Assembly (NCBI GenBank): GCA_017559985.1
Contig: JAFYPW010000017.1
Span: 1-61,536 of the forward strand
Direction of reading: 5' to 3'
Source of the DNA: Oscillospiraceae bacterium
GTDB lineage: Bacteria > Bacillota > Clostridia > Oscillospirales > JAAYXM01
DNA: 61,536 nucleotides
Part shown: one piece after another, positions 43,826-52,643 of the stretch
Layout of the letters: each line of letters begins with the position of its first letter
Numbering within the stretch: the stretch's first letter is position 1
Notes under the pieces: generated by a model
Databases searched by the model: none
What the model saw: the letters and a program-made list of their open reading frames with translations, nothing else
Told to the model about the DNA's origin: nothing
Translations under genes and position numbers: made by a program

Positions 43826-44524
43826 TCAGTCAGCAAACATATATCCCGCTCCGCGGCGCGTCACTATTCTCACCGGGTTTGCAGGGTCATCTTCTATCTT
43901 CTCACGAAGGCGGCGCACGGTAACATCAATTGTGCGCAAGTCGCCGTAGTAGTCGTATTTCCACACATTCTCCATAAGCTCTTCACGCGAGAATACCTGA
44001 TTTGGCTGTGTTGCAAGAAAGCGGATAAGGTCAAACTCACGCGGAGTAAGCTCAACGTGCTCCCCTGCCTTTTTCACATCAAGGCTCTTTAAGTTTATTA
44101 CTATATCACCAAAAACAAGACGGTTTTCATCGCTCGTCTGCGCCTCTTCCTGTGCAGGAACATAGCCGCGGCGGACATTCGCCTTTATTCTTGCCATAAG
44201 CTCGCGCATCGAAAACGGCTTTGTGATATAGTCGTCAGCGCCAAGTTCAAGACCGAGAACTTTATCGACCTCTTCCTCGCGCGCAGTAAGCATAATTATC
44301 GGAACATTTGAGCTTTTGCGCACGCTCTTGCACACTTCAAAGCCGTCAAGCTTCGGAAGCATAACATCAAGCAGGATAAGGTCCGGGTTTTCGCTTTCCG
44401 CAGCGGCAAGACCTGCGGCCCCGTCATATGCACATACGACGGTATAACCTTCCTTTTTCAGGTTGAAATCGAGAATGTCGGCAATCGCCTTTTCGTCTTC
44501 AACTACAAGTATTTTTTTGTCCAT
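43826..44524 (-). CDS. walR: OmpR-family response regulator, WalR-like
   Basis: [44 protein letters not shown]; cluster with YycH/YycI. Confidence 0.88.
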   Translation of the reverse strand: MDKKILVVEDEKAIADILDFNLKKEGYTVVCAYDGAAGLAAAESENPDLILLDVMLPKLDGFEVCKSVRKSSNVPIIMLTAREEEVDKVLGLELGADDYITKPFSMRELMARIKANVRRGYVPAQEEAQTSDENRLVFGDIVINLKSLDVKKAGEHVELTPREFDLIRFLATQPNQVFSREELMENVWKYDYYGDLRTIDVTVRRLREKIEDDPANPVRIVTRRGAGYMFAD

Positions 44525-44545
44525 TTCTTATCACTCCCAAACTTT

Positions 44546-45079
44546 TTAAAAACCAAGCTCGCGCGCGGCGCGAAGTATGAGTATCTGCGTTTTTGCATCG
44601 GAGATTTCTCCGGAAAGCACCATATCAAGCGCGTTTTGAAGCTTATATTTTCTGACCTCTAAAATCTCGCCCTCGTCAGGATGTGCATCGCCTTCGGAAA
44701 GACCACGGGCAATGTAGAGATGTATCCGCTCGGTAAAGCAACCGGGTGACGGATATACAAAACCGAGATAAGAAAGATTTTCTGCCGTATATCCCGTTTC
44801 CTCCGAAAGCTCGCGCACCGCACATTCAAGATGTCCCTCGCCCGGGTCAACCTTTCCGGCAGGCGCTTCTGTAATCTCTTTTTTGAAAGGATAGCGAAAC
44901 TGCGATACTAAAATGGCCTCGCCGTCATCCGTCACAGGCAGAACCGCCACGCCGTCACAGTGCTCACACACCTCACGCGTTGAAACCCTTCCGTCAGGAC
45001 ACTCTACCGTATCCTTTCGCACATTCATTATAACCCCGCGGAAATGATATTCCGTTGTGAGGGTTTTTTCTTCTTTCAT
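44546..45079 (-). CDS. NUDIX hydrolase (ADP-ribose pyrophosphatase-like)
   Basis: PAGKVDPGE...CAVRELSEETG Nudix box, QFRYP, SPG, DAKT. Confidence 0.92.
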   Translation of the reverse strand: MKEEKTLTTEYHFRGVIMNVRKDTVECPDGRVSTREVCEHCDGVAVLPVTDDGEAILVSQFRYPFKKEITEAPAGKVDPGEGHLECAVRELSEETGYTAENLSYLGFVYPSPGCFTERIHLYIARGLSEGDAHPDEGEILEVRKYKLQNALDMVLSGEISDAKTQILILRAARELGF

Positions 45080-46317
45080 AGCTTTTTTGCCTCTCGTCTT
45101 AAAATGTCAAAGGCCTCCTGTGCCGCGCGGCTTTTTGCAAGAGCCCGGCTCATAGGCTGATAAATCTTCCTGCTCGCGGTAACTCCGCGAAGCGTTACGG
45201 AAACATAAACCGTGCCGCCCGGGTTTTTGTCATCTCCCGTCGTGGGGTCTGCATAGCCGGTGACGCCTATTCCCGCGTCGGTGCCAAACTTTTCGCACGC
45301 AGCGAGAGAGAGCGCCTCTGCACACTCGCGGCTTACCGCACCGTATTTTTCAAGAAGCTCCGAATCTATGCCGAGAAGCTTCATCTTCATCTCGTTTGTG
45401 TAGGCGCACACGCCGCCAAAGAACACCTCCGACGAGCCGGGGATATCTGTTATAAGTTTTGAGACAAGACCACCCGTGCACGACTCTGCCGTTGCGAGGG
45501 TAAGCTTTTTTTCTTTCAATATTTCAAACGCGGCTTCGTGAAGTGACGGGACATCCACACCGTAAACCGCATCACCGATAATCTCTTTTATCTTCTCTAT
45601 GACGGGCACGGTAAGTTTTTCCGCCTCGTCCTCAGTCTTTGCCCTGCCGCAGACGCGGAGCATAACCTCTCCGTCCTTTGCGTACGGCGCGACTGTCGGG
45701 TTTTCCATAGTCTCTGCAAAGCTTTTTATCTTGCTTTCAACCTCGCTCTCGCCCATTCCGTAAATACGGACACTGTGAGACGCAAAATGCGCATCGGAAA
45801 GCTTTTTGAGATACGGCACCATCCGGTGCTCCACCATCGGCTCACATTCACGCGGAGGACCGGGAAGCATTATGAGGATTTTGCCGTTTTGCTCAATGGC
45901 ACAGCCGGGGGCTGTTCCCCAGTCGTTTTCAAAAACGGTGCACCCCTCGGGAAGGTATGCCTGTGCTTTGTTGTTCTCGGTCATCTTCTTTCCGCGGGCG
46001 GCGAAATATTCCTCTATACGCGCAAGCTCCTGCTCGGAAAGTACCAGCTTGCGCCCGAATGCACGGGCAGCTACCTGCTTTGTCAGATCGTCAAATGTCG
46101 GGCCGAGACCGCCGGTTGTAATCACAATATCGGCACGCTCTTTTGCCGTCATTATAACGTCATAGAGCCGGTCGGGGTTATCGCCGACCACCGTCTGATA
46201 GTAGGCGTTTATGCCAAGAGCGGAAAGTGCCCGTGCAACCGTTACCGCATCGGTGTTTGTTATCTCACCGAGCAGAATCTCCGTGCCTACTGCTATTATT
46301 TCTGCTGAAAGACTCAA
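45076..46317 (-). CDS. cinA: Competence/damage-inducible protein CinA
   Basis: VGTEILLG, GGLGPTFDD, LPGPPRE, AESCTGG. Confidence 0.95.
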   Translation of the reverse strand: MSLSAEIIAVGTEILLGEITNTDAVTVARALSALGINAYYQTVVGDNPDRLYDVIMTAKERADIVITTGGLGPTFDDLTKQVAARAFGRKLVLSEQELARIEEYFAARGKKMTENNKAQAYLPEGCTVFENDWGTAPGCAIEQNGKILIMLPGPPRECEPMVEHRMVPYLKKLSDAHFASHSVRIYGMGESEVESKIKSFAETMENPTVAPYAKDGEVMLRVCGRAKTEDEAEKLTVPVIEKIKEIIGDAVYGVDVPSLHEAAFEILKEKKLTLATAESCTGGLVSKLITDIPGSSEVFFGGVCAYTNEMKMKLLGIDSELLEKYGAVSRECAEALSLAACEKFGTDAGIGVTGYADPTTGDDKNPGGTVYVSVTLRGVTASRKIYQPMSRALAKSRAAQEAFDILRREAKKL

Positions 46318-46333
46318 AGAGAGCTCCCTCTTT

Positions 46334-47494
46334 CTATATAATTTCAGTGTTTCTTATCGCTTCCTCCGCAAGTTCTGCAAACGGAAGCTTCTTCTCCTCG
46401 GAAAGGACATATTCAAGCTTCGGCTTCGTTCTCGGATGCTTTGGTGTAAACACCGTGCAGCAGTCTTCATACGGAAGGATTGACGTTTCAAATGTGTTTA
46501 TCTTTCTTGCAATCTCGACTATCTCCTCTTTATCCATACCTATCACAGGGCGGAGAACCGGAAGAGTTATGCCGTATTCCGTAACGCCGAGCGCTTCCAT
46601 CGTCTGACTTGCCACCTGGCCGAGGCTTTCGCCCGTTATGAGCGCGCCACATCCGTTTTCAGCCGCAATTTTTTCTGCAATATACATCATAAATCTGCGC
46701 ATAATGAGCGTAAAATATTCCTCACGGCAGTTTGCGCGGATCTCTTCCTGGATTTTCGTAAACGGAACCATTGCAATTTTTATGTTTCCTGCATATTCTC
46801 CGACAATGCCTGCAAGCGAGATGACCTTCTGCTTTGCCCGCTCGGAGGTGTAGGGGTATGAGAAAAAGTGGATTCCGAAAAGCTCGACGCCGCGCTTTGC
46901 CATCATATATGCGGCAACCGGGCTGTCTATACCGCCGGAGAGCAGAAGCCCTGCGCGGCCGTTTATGCCTATCGGAAGTCCGCCCGCACCGGGAGTCGGG
47001 TTTGCGTGGACATATGCTGCCTTGTCGCGGATTTCAACCCTTACACACACCTCGGGATTTTTTACATCCACTTCGAGATTTTCAAAAGCATCGTGCAGAG
47101 CACTTCCGACCTCTATTGCAATCTCGGGAGACTTTTTCGGGAAAGATTTATCAGCGCGTTTTGCCTCTACCTTGAATGTTTTTGCAAGAGAAAGCGTCGG
47201 CGCGAGATATTCCTTTGCAACGGAAATTATTTCGTCAATATCCTTTTTGCACTCTGCCGCGCGCGAAATATTTACGATTCCGAAAACCTTTTTTGCCGCA
47301 TCAAACGCCGCGTCCATATCGCAGTCGCCGCTTTCCGGCTCGACGTATATCGTAGACTGCATACAGTATATTTTAAACGCTCCGAACTTGCGTATTCTCC
47401 ACGCAAGATTTTTCATCAGTCTTTTTTCAAAATTTCCGCGATTAAGTCCTTTCAGAACAAGCTCGCCAAGCTTTAAAAGCATCAGTTCTTTCAA
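46334..47494 (-). CDS. thiI: tRNA 4-thiouridine synthase ThiI (no rhodanese domain)
   Basis: ELVLKGLNR, THUMP region, SGGIDS PP-loop, GQVASQT, EDCC. Confidence 0.95.
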   Translation of the reverse strand: MKELMLLKLGELVLKGLNRGNFEKRLMKNLAWRIRKFGAFKIYCMQSTIYVEPESGDCDMDAAFDAAKKVFGIVNISRAAECKKDIDEIISVAKEYLAPTLSLAKTFKVEAKRADKSFPKKSPEIAIEVGSALHDAFENLEVDVKNPEVCVRVEIRDKAAYVHANPTPGAGGLPIGINGRAGLLLSGGIDSPVAAYMMAKRGVELFGIHFFSYPYTSERAKQKVISLAGIVGEYAGNIKIAMVPFTKIQEEIRANCREEYFTLIMRRFMMYIAEKIAAENGCGALITGESLGQVASQTMEALGVTEYGITLPVLRPVIGMDKEEIVEIARKINTFETSILPYEDCCTVFTPKHPRTKPKLEYVLSEEKKLPFAELAEEAIRNTEII

Positions 47495-47566
47495 AATTTA
47501 TGCGCACCTTTCAAATTCATATAATTATACATAATAATTATATAACAATTTTCGAAAATAAACAAT

Positions 47567-47593
47567 AGCCGGGGGCAAATTTTGCCCCCGGCT
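47567..47593. terminator. Intrinsic terminator after the YnbB-like gene
   Basis: AGCCGGGGGCAAA-t-TTTGCCCCCGGCT GC-rich palindrome; minus strand continues ATTGTTTATTTT. Confidence 0.7.
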
Positions 47594-47604
47594 GTAACGT
47601 TTTT

Positions 47605-48795
47605 TTATTTCAACTTCTTAATCTCTTCCGCTGCGCGGAGAACACCGAGCTTTCCGCTCTCATACGTTATTCCTCCCTGGAGATAAACCCTGTACGGCTC
47701 GCGCATCGGAGCGTCTGCCGAAAGCTCGATTGACGCGCCCTGAACAAACGCGCCCGCCGCCATAATGACCGGGTCATCATAGCCGGGCATTGCCCACGCC
47801 TCGGGAACGACGAACGCATCACACGGTGCGCCTGACTGTATGCCGCGGCAGAATGCCGAGAGTGCTTCGGGAGTTTTGAGCTCGACTGTCTGGATAATGT
47901 CATATCTCGGCTCGTCCCATTTCGGCGAAACCTCGTAACCCATATCCTCAAACGTTTTCGCCGCAAAAGCCGCAGTCATAAGCGCCTGGGAGACAACGTG
48001 CGGTGCTGTGAAGAAGCCCTGATACAGAAGCCTGTTCTGACCGAGCGTACACCCACACTCGCGACCGATTCCCGGAACCGTAAGCCTTTCTGCGGCGCGC
48101 TCTACAAGGTCTGCCCTGCCTGCTATGTATCCGCCTGTGGGTGCAAGACCGCCGCCGGGATTTTTTATGAGTGAGCCTGCCATAAGGTCAGCTCCGACGT
48201 GTGTTGGCTCGCGTGTTTCGCAAAACTCGCCGTAGCAGTTATCAACCATCACAACTGCTTCCGGTCTGACTTTACGGATCTCTGCAATCGCTTCTCCTAT
48301 TTCGGAAACAGAGAGCGCACGGCGCGCACCGTAGCCGCGCGAGCGCTGAATATATATAACAACATTTTCCTCTTCACCTGCTGCGTGGACTGCCGCAGGG
48401 ATATCTATTCCGCCATCGGTGAGCGCGATTTCACGGTACTTTACGCCATATTCCGAAAGTGTGCCGTGTCCGCCCTTGCCGTTTATTCCTATCGCACCGA
48501 GCAGGGTGTCATACGGCGCACCGGTTATTGAAAGAAGCGTATCGCCCGGATTTACCGCGCCGAAGAGCGCACAAAAGAGCGCGTGGGTGCCGTTTACGAA
48601 CTGTATACGGCAGATAGCATCCTCTGCACCAAAGACATCGGCATAAATCTTATCAAGCGTGTCGCGGCCCTGGTCATCATAACCGTAGCCTGTTGTGCCT
48701 GCAAACATTGTATCGGAGACGCGATGGCGTGAAAACGCTTCCAGAACGCGTTTTGAGTTTTCTTCTGCCACCTTCTGAATGTGTTCAAACTGCAT
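47605..48795 (-). CDS. Methionine gamma-lyase-family / aluminium-resistance (YnbB-like) PLP protein
   Basis: TTGYGYDD.GRD, GTHAL, PYDTL, IQRSRGY, VDNCYGEF, GSLIKNPGGG, SIELSAD. Confidence 0.9.
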   Translation of the reverse strand: MQFEHIQKVAEENSKRVLEAFSRHRVSDTMFAGTTGYGYDDQGRDTLDKIYADVFGAEDAICRIQFVNGTHALFCALFGAVNPGDTLLSITGAPYDTLLGAIGINGKGGHGTLSEYGVKYREIALTDGGIDIPAAVHAAGEEENVVIYIQRSRGYGARRALSVSEIGEAIAEIRKVRPEAVVMVDNCYGEFCETREPTHVGADLMAGSLIKNPGGGLAPTGGYIAGRADLVERAAERLTVPGIGRECGCTLGQNRLLYQGFFTAPHVVSQALMTAAFAAKTFEDMGYEVSPKWDEPRYDIIQTVELKTPEALSAFCRGIQSGAPCDAFVVPEAWAMPGYDDPVIMAAGAFVQGASIELSADAPMREPYRVYLQGGITYESGKLGVLRAAEEIKKLK

Positions 48796-49494
48796 TTACT
48801 TTACCTCGCGGATAATTCCCATTGGTGTCTGCTGTGCGCTCTGACCGAGCGGATTGTCACGAAGAATTTCGGGGAGAAGCTCGCGGTCAAGCGTTTCGTC
48901 GGATGCGCCGAGAATCTTTCCGGTTAAGTCGTTAACATCGACAATAACTGTCTTAAAGCCTATTCTCTCCGCAATTTCTGCTGCTGTCTTGTCAGGATTC
49001 TCCGGGCCGAGAACAACGCACTTGTTATAAGGCGGAAGTGTATACGGTGTGGGGCCGTCGATTGATTCGGCGCGATAACCCGCAACCTTATAAAACCATC
49101 CGCGGCGACCTAAAAGCTTGCCTATTGCGCTGATGAATGCAGCAAAAAGCATACGCGGCGTTCCGCATTCGCGGAGTGCCATCTCCATCGTCTCGGGAAT
49201 TCCGAGGCCTATGCCGTAGGGCGATTTGTAAACAAACTTGCAAAGAAGCTTTGCAAGCGGGCGGGGATGAATCTCCGTAAGCGGTACTGCGCGCTTCTGC
49301 GAGCAGGCAACACACTTCTCGGATATGAAGAGGATATCCCCCTCCTGCATATGCTCCATCGCATATTTTTCTGCAACGTCTGCTATTTTATCGTTTTCGG
49401 TAACAACGTGTGTCTTTATCGGGAGACGCATATAGTCGCGCCCGCGCACAGTGATAACCGCATTTTTCCCTTCGTTTGCCAAAAGTTCTGCCAT
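48796..49494 (-). CDS. CofE-like (F420-0:gamma-glutamyl ligase family) protein
   Basis: PIKTH, DILFISEK...SQ, IDG, VIVDVND, DNPLGQ..QQTPMGIIR. Confidence 0.7.
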   Translation of the reverse strand: MAELLANEGKNAVITVRGRDYMRLPIKTHVVTENDKIADVAEKYAMEHMQEGDILFISEKCVACSQKRAVPLTEIHPRPLAKLLCKFVYKSPYGIGLGIPETMEMALRECGTPRMLFAAFISAIGKLLGRRGWFYKVAGYRAESIDGPTPYTLPPYNKCVVLGPENPDKTAAEIAERIGFKTVIVDVNDLTGKILGASDETLDRELLPEILRDNPLGQSAQQTPMGIIREVK

Positions 49495-49580
49495 CTTTCA
49501 AAACCCCTTTTGTTTAGCTTTTCCTTTATTATACATCAAAGAAGAAAAGATTTAAACCCTTTTTTTGCTTTTTTACAAAC

Positions 49581-49610
49581 AAAAGAGATGTGAATTTTCA
49601 CACCTCTTTT
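49581..49610. terminator. Terminator ending the Rnf-like operon
   Basis: AAAAGAG(A)TGTGAA-tt-TTCACA(C)CTCTTTT, 4 bp after the stop of 49615-50640. Confidence 0.65.
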
Positions 49611-49614
49611 CGTG

Positions 49615-50640
49615 TTATTTTACCATAAATTGCTCACCGTCGGCACGGGCTTTAATCATAACCGCACCAGATATTCCGGAAAGCGCGCCTTCAAGAGTCC
49701 ATCTGCCCGACGCTTCGTTTACATAAACTTCGTCGAAGTTTTTCTCAAAGACTGCGGCATCCTGCCCGCTCTCACCGAGAAGCCGGTCAGCATAGTTTTC
49801 ATAAACCGCGGAAAGCTTTATCTTTCCTGCCGCCTGCCTTGCCTCTTTCATAAAGCTTTCAAGCGCATCGCCTTTTTTTCCGAGCTCTTTTTCATAGAAG
49901 AGAAGCTCGGTTTTCCCCACCGCAGGAAACGAGATGTTTGAAACAATAATCTCATCGGGAGAGAATTCGGAAAGCTCTCCTATAATATCTGTGAGATATC
50001 CCCTTGCCTCTTCTGAGTATGCCGAGAGCCAACGGACATTTGTTCCGTCAATCCAGATTATTTTATTCTCCGTTCTTGCGGAAAAGCTCTGGTTTTTGCG
50101 TGCGGCCTCGTTGTCCTTGAAAGCGGACATATAAAGCGCAACACGGTATCCGCACTCGCGTGCCTTTGTAATTGCCGATGTGAGAGCTTCACTTTCACCG
50201 CTTACCTCAGCGGCCTTTCCGAGTGCAGATTCCGTTGCAAACGCGAGCATTCCGTCCTCTGCCTTTACTTCAAGAACTAGCGTGTTTATATTCTGCGGCA
50301 CGGACGCAAGGGCCCCGGAAAACAGCTCGGCATTTTTCACCGTGCCTATCGGAACAAAATATGCGCGGACATCGCCCGTCTTTACGGGCTCAGGCTCAGG
50401 CTCGGCTACGGGTTCCGGCTCTTCGATTATGAGGTTTGCCTCAACCTTTTCGCTTTCCGCATCTTCCTTCTTTTCAAGAAACGAAAAGAACGAGCCTTCC
50501 CGCGTGAATGTCATATTCTCGTTTACGAACCAGAGCGTTCCGGCGGCTATGGCACACAGTATAACGAGCGTCGGAATAAGCACACCCACTCCCCGGCGCG
50601 AGCCTCTGTATCTTCCGTATGATTTGCGTGACCTTCTCAC
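49615..50640 (-). CDS. Membrane-anchored putative glycoside hydrolase (DUF4015-like) with degenerate catalytic motif; probable GTG start
   Basis: Arg-rich N-terminus, TM helix, Pro/Glu linker; NTLVLEVKAEDG, SAFKD, WLSAYS, DEIIVSNISFP resemble family motifs NAVVIDVK, VFKD, WxNPY, DEIQFDYxRFP; AGGAGG 7 nt before GTG. Confidence 0.7.
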   Translation of the reverse strand: MRRSRKSYGRYRGSRRGVGVLIPTLVILCAIAAGTLWFVNENMTFTREGSFFSFLEKKEDAESEKVEANLIIEEPEPVAEPEPEPVKTGDVRAYFVPIGTVKNAELFSGALASVPQNINTLVLEVKAEDGMLAFATESALGKAAEVSGESEALTSAITKARECGYRVALYMSAFKDNEAARKNQSFSARTENKIIWIDGTNVRWLSAYSEEARGYLTDIIGELSEFSPDEIIVSNISFPAVGKTELLFYEKELGKKGDALESFMKEARQAAGKIKLSAVYENYADRLLGESGQDAAVFEKNFDEVYVNEASGRWTLEGALSGISGAVMIKARADGEQFMVK

Positions 50641-50653
50641 AGGCAAACCTCCT

Positions 50654-50827
50654 TTATTCCTCGCCTGCCGTGACGGCGCAAGGCTTCTCTTCCTTTTCTT
50701 TTTTTACTGCTTTCTTTTTTCCGGTCTGCCGTGTTGGGGCATCCAGCAGCACAAGAGCCGCGGCACAAAGCACGCCGAGCACCGTAAGCGTTATAAACGG
50801 CGTGAGAATATCAAAAAATATCTTCAT
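50654..50827 (-). CDS. 57-aa membrane peptide in the rnfB position (not in the ORF track)
   Basis: MKIFFDILTPFITLTVLGVLCAAALVLLDAPTRQTGKKKAVKKEKEEKPCAVTAGEE*; GAGGT RBS; fills the gap between rnfA and the GH-like gene. Confidence 0.75.
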   Translation of the reverse strand: MKIFFDILTPFITLTVLGVLCAAALVLLDAPTRQTGKKKAVKKEKEEKPCAVTAGEE

Positions 50828-50836
50828 ATGTCAACC

Positions 50837-51421
50837 TCAGATGAATTTCATTCCGTCAAAACCCATAAAAGCGAGAGAAATGAGCCCTGCCGTTATGAGT
50901 ATTATCGGTATTCCCTCAAAAAATTTCGGAACTTTTGAATATTTAAGTCTTTCGCGCACCGCGGCAAACAGCATTGCAGAGAGTGTAAAACCCACTCCTG
51001 CGAAAATCCCGTAAAACACCGCTTCAAGAAGATTGTATCCGCTCTTTGCCGCAAATAAACATACTCCGAGCACTGCACTGTTTGAAAAAACAAGCGGAAG
51101 TGAAAGCGGTATATCCTTCAATCTCTTTGCGTACTTCTTAAAAGCCGCAGAAAGTACGGTCACTGACATCGCGACAACGACCACATATGCAACACTTCTG
51201 AGGTATATAATGTCAAACGGCACAAGCACAAGGTTTTCCAGAATGCTCGTTGCAATCGTGCAGATGCCTGTCATAAGTGTAATCGATATTCCCGTAACAA
51301 GTGCGCTTTTTAAACTTTCTGTCTTTGAGACAAACGGCGCAATTCCGAGGTAGTGTGCAAAAACGATATTATCCGAAAGAAGCGCGCCGAGCGCGACAGA
51401 AATTATTCCGAGTATGCTCAT
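50837..51421 (-). CDS. rnfA: RnfA-like membrane subunit lacking both conserved Cys
   Basis: YLGIAPF, LPLVFSNSAVLG, RERL...VPKFFEGIPIILITAGLISLAFMGF. Confidence 0.85.
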   Translation of the reverse strand: MSILGIISVALGALLSDNIVFAHYLGIAPFVSKTESLKSALVTGISITLMTGICTIATSILENLVLVPFDIIYLRSVAYVVVVAMSVTVLSAAFKKYAKRLKDIPLSLPLVFSNSAVLGVCLFAAKSGYNLLEAVFYGIFAGVGFTLSAMLFAAVRERLKYSKVPKFFEGIPIILITAGLISLAFMGFDGMKFI

Positions 51422-52029
51422 TTCGCACCCTCCTTTTTATCCGGATTTCCGAAAAAGTGGCGGAATACCGCTATTACAACACCAAGAAGTATGAGTCCTC
51501 CCGACGGATGGGTAAGCACGAGCATACCGTATTCCTCCGGGAATATGCGAAGCCCGAAAAACGTGCCGTTTCCGATGACCTCACGGACAAGCGCCATAAA
51601 AAATATCACGGCAAAGAAGCCCACGCCGCACGCAAGTGCGGAAATCAGCGCATCGGATGTCTTCTTGACTCTCTCAAACCTTATGGACTTTGCAAAGATT
51701 ATTCCGGTTACGGAAAGAAGCGGGAGATACATCCCTATCCTCTCCGATACGGGAAGAAGGAAAGCGCGTAAAAGCAACTCGAATATTGAAATAATGAATA
51801 CCGCAAAAAGAATGCATACGAGAAGCTTTATCTTTTCCGGCAGCTTCTTTTTAACAAATCTTATAACAAGCGCCGAAAAAAGTGTTGTCACTATGGCACA
51901 CATACCCATTACAACCGCATCGGAAAGCCTTGTTGAAGCCGCAAGAAGCGGACATATGCCGAGAAGAAGAGCAAGAACGGGGTTTTCAGAGATTATTCCT
52001 TCACGCATTTTATTTATGAAGCTTTTCAT
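51418..52029 (-). CDS. rnfE: RnfE-like membrane subunit lacking the second conserved Cys
   Basis: ENPVLALLLGICPLLA, YLPLLSVTGII, VREVIGNGT, PSGGLILLG. Confidence 0.85.
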   Translation of the reverse strand: MKSFINKMREGIISENPVLALLLGICPLLAASTRLSDAVVMGMCAIVTTLFSALVIRFVKKKLPEKIKLLVCILFAVFIISIFELLLRAFLLPVSERIGMYLPLLSVTGIIFAKSIRFERVKKTSDALISALACGVGFFAVIFFMALVREVIGNGTFFGLRIFPEEYGMLVLTHPSGGLILLGVVIAVFRHFFGNPDKKEGAK

Positions 52030-52643
52030 TCTTCTGCCGCCTCCTTTTCTTCTTTTTCACGAAGGTTTCCGACAGCAAGACTTGCCCGGTTCACTGCGTC
52101 CACAACAGCAGGTGAGGATATATCCGACCCCACAACATCGTAAATCTCGCTTTCGCGGCTTGCTTTACCGTTCACGAACGTGACCTCGCCGCTTTTGCCC
52201 TCGAACTGAGAGAGGAATTCTTCATCGGTGGTTTTAGTTCCCGCACTCTGTCTTTCTCTCTCCGAGATGATTTCTGTTTTGAGAATTTTTCCGTCTTTGT
52301 CAATTCCGACGGCTACGCGCAAATCACGGTTTATTCCGTTTGCGCGGGTTTCAACACAATAGCCTGCAAGCTCCGTGCCGTTATATGCCTTATAGAGCGC
52401 ATACACTCCGCCGGCGTCCGAGTGTTCATAGTCTGTCTCCTCATAGCTCTCAGCAGGGCAAATGCGCGACATCGCAGAAACAAACGGCTTCATCTCCGCT
52501 TTGTCTATACTTTGGCGAAGCAGCATATTAAGCCCGGAAAGTGCAAGAGAAACAACAGCAAGTATGCCCGCAAGAATGAGCGTTGTATGAAGGAGCTCCT
52601 TCTTCTTTTCGGGAGAAAGGAAAACTTTTTTCTTATCCGTCAT
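52026..52643 (-). CDS. rnfG: RnfG-like FMN-binding-domain protein lacking the flavinylation motif; start at MTDKK
   Basis: N-terminal TM, VAVGIDKDGKI, FLSQFEGK, DVVGSDISSPAVVDAV in place of D.ISGATISS.AV; ATGA overlap with rnfD. Confidence 0.8.
   Translation of the reverse strand: MTDKKKVFLSPEKKKELLHTTLILAGILAVVSLALSGLNMLLRQSIDKAEMKPFVSAMSRICPAESYEETDYEHSDAGGVYALYKAYNGTELAGYCVETRANGINRDLRVAVGIDKDGKILKTEIISERERQSAGTKTTDEEFLSQFEGKSGEVTFVNGKASRESEIYDVVGSDISSPAVVDAVNRASLAVGNLREKEEKEAAEE

Noticed and set aside
47520-47545. TATAATTATA palindrome and repeat upstream of thiI
   Set aside because: Low-complexity AT-rich promoter DNA; not distinguishable from chance.
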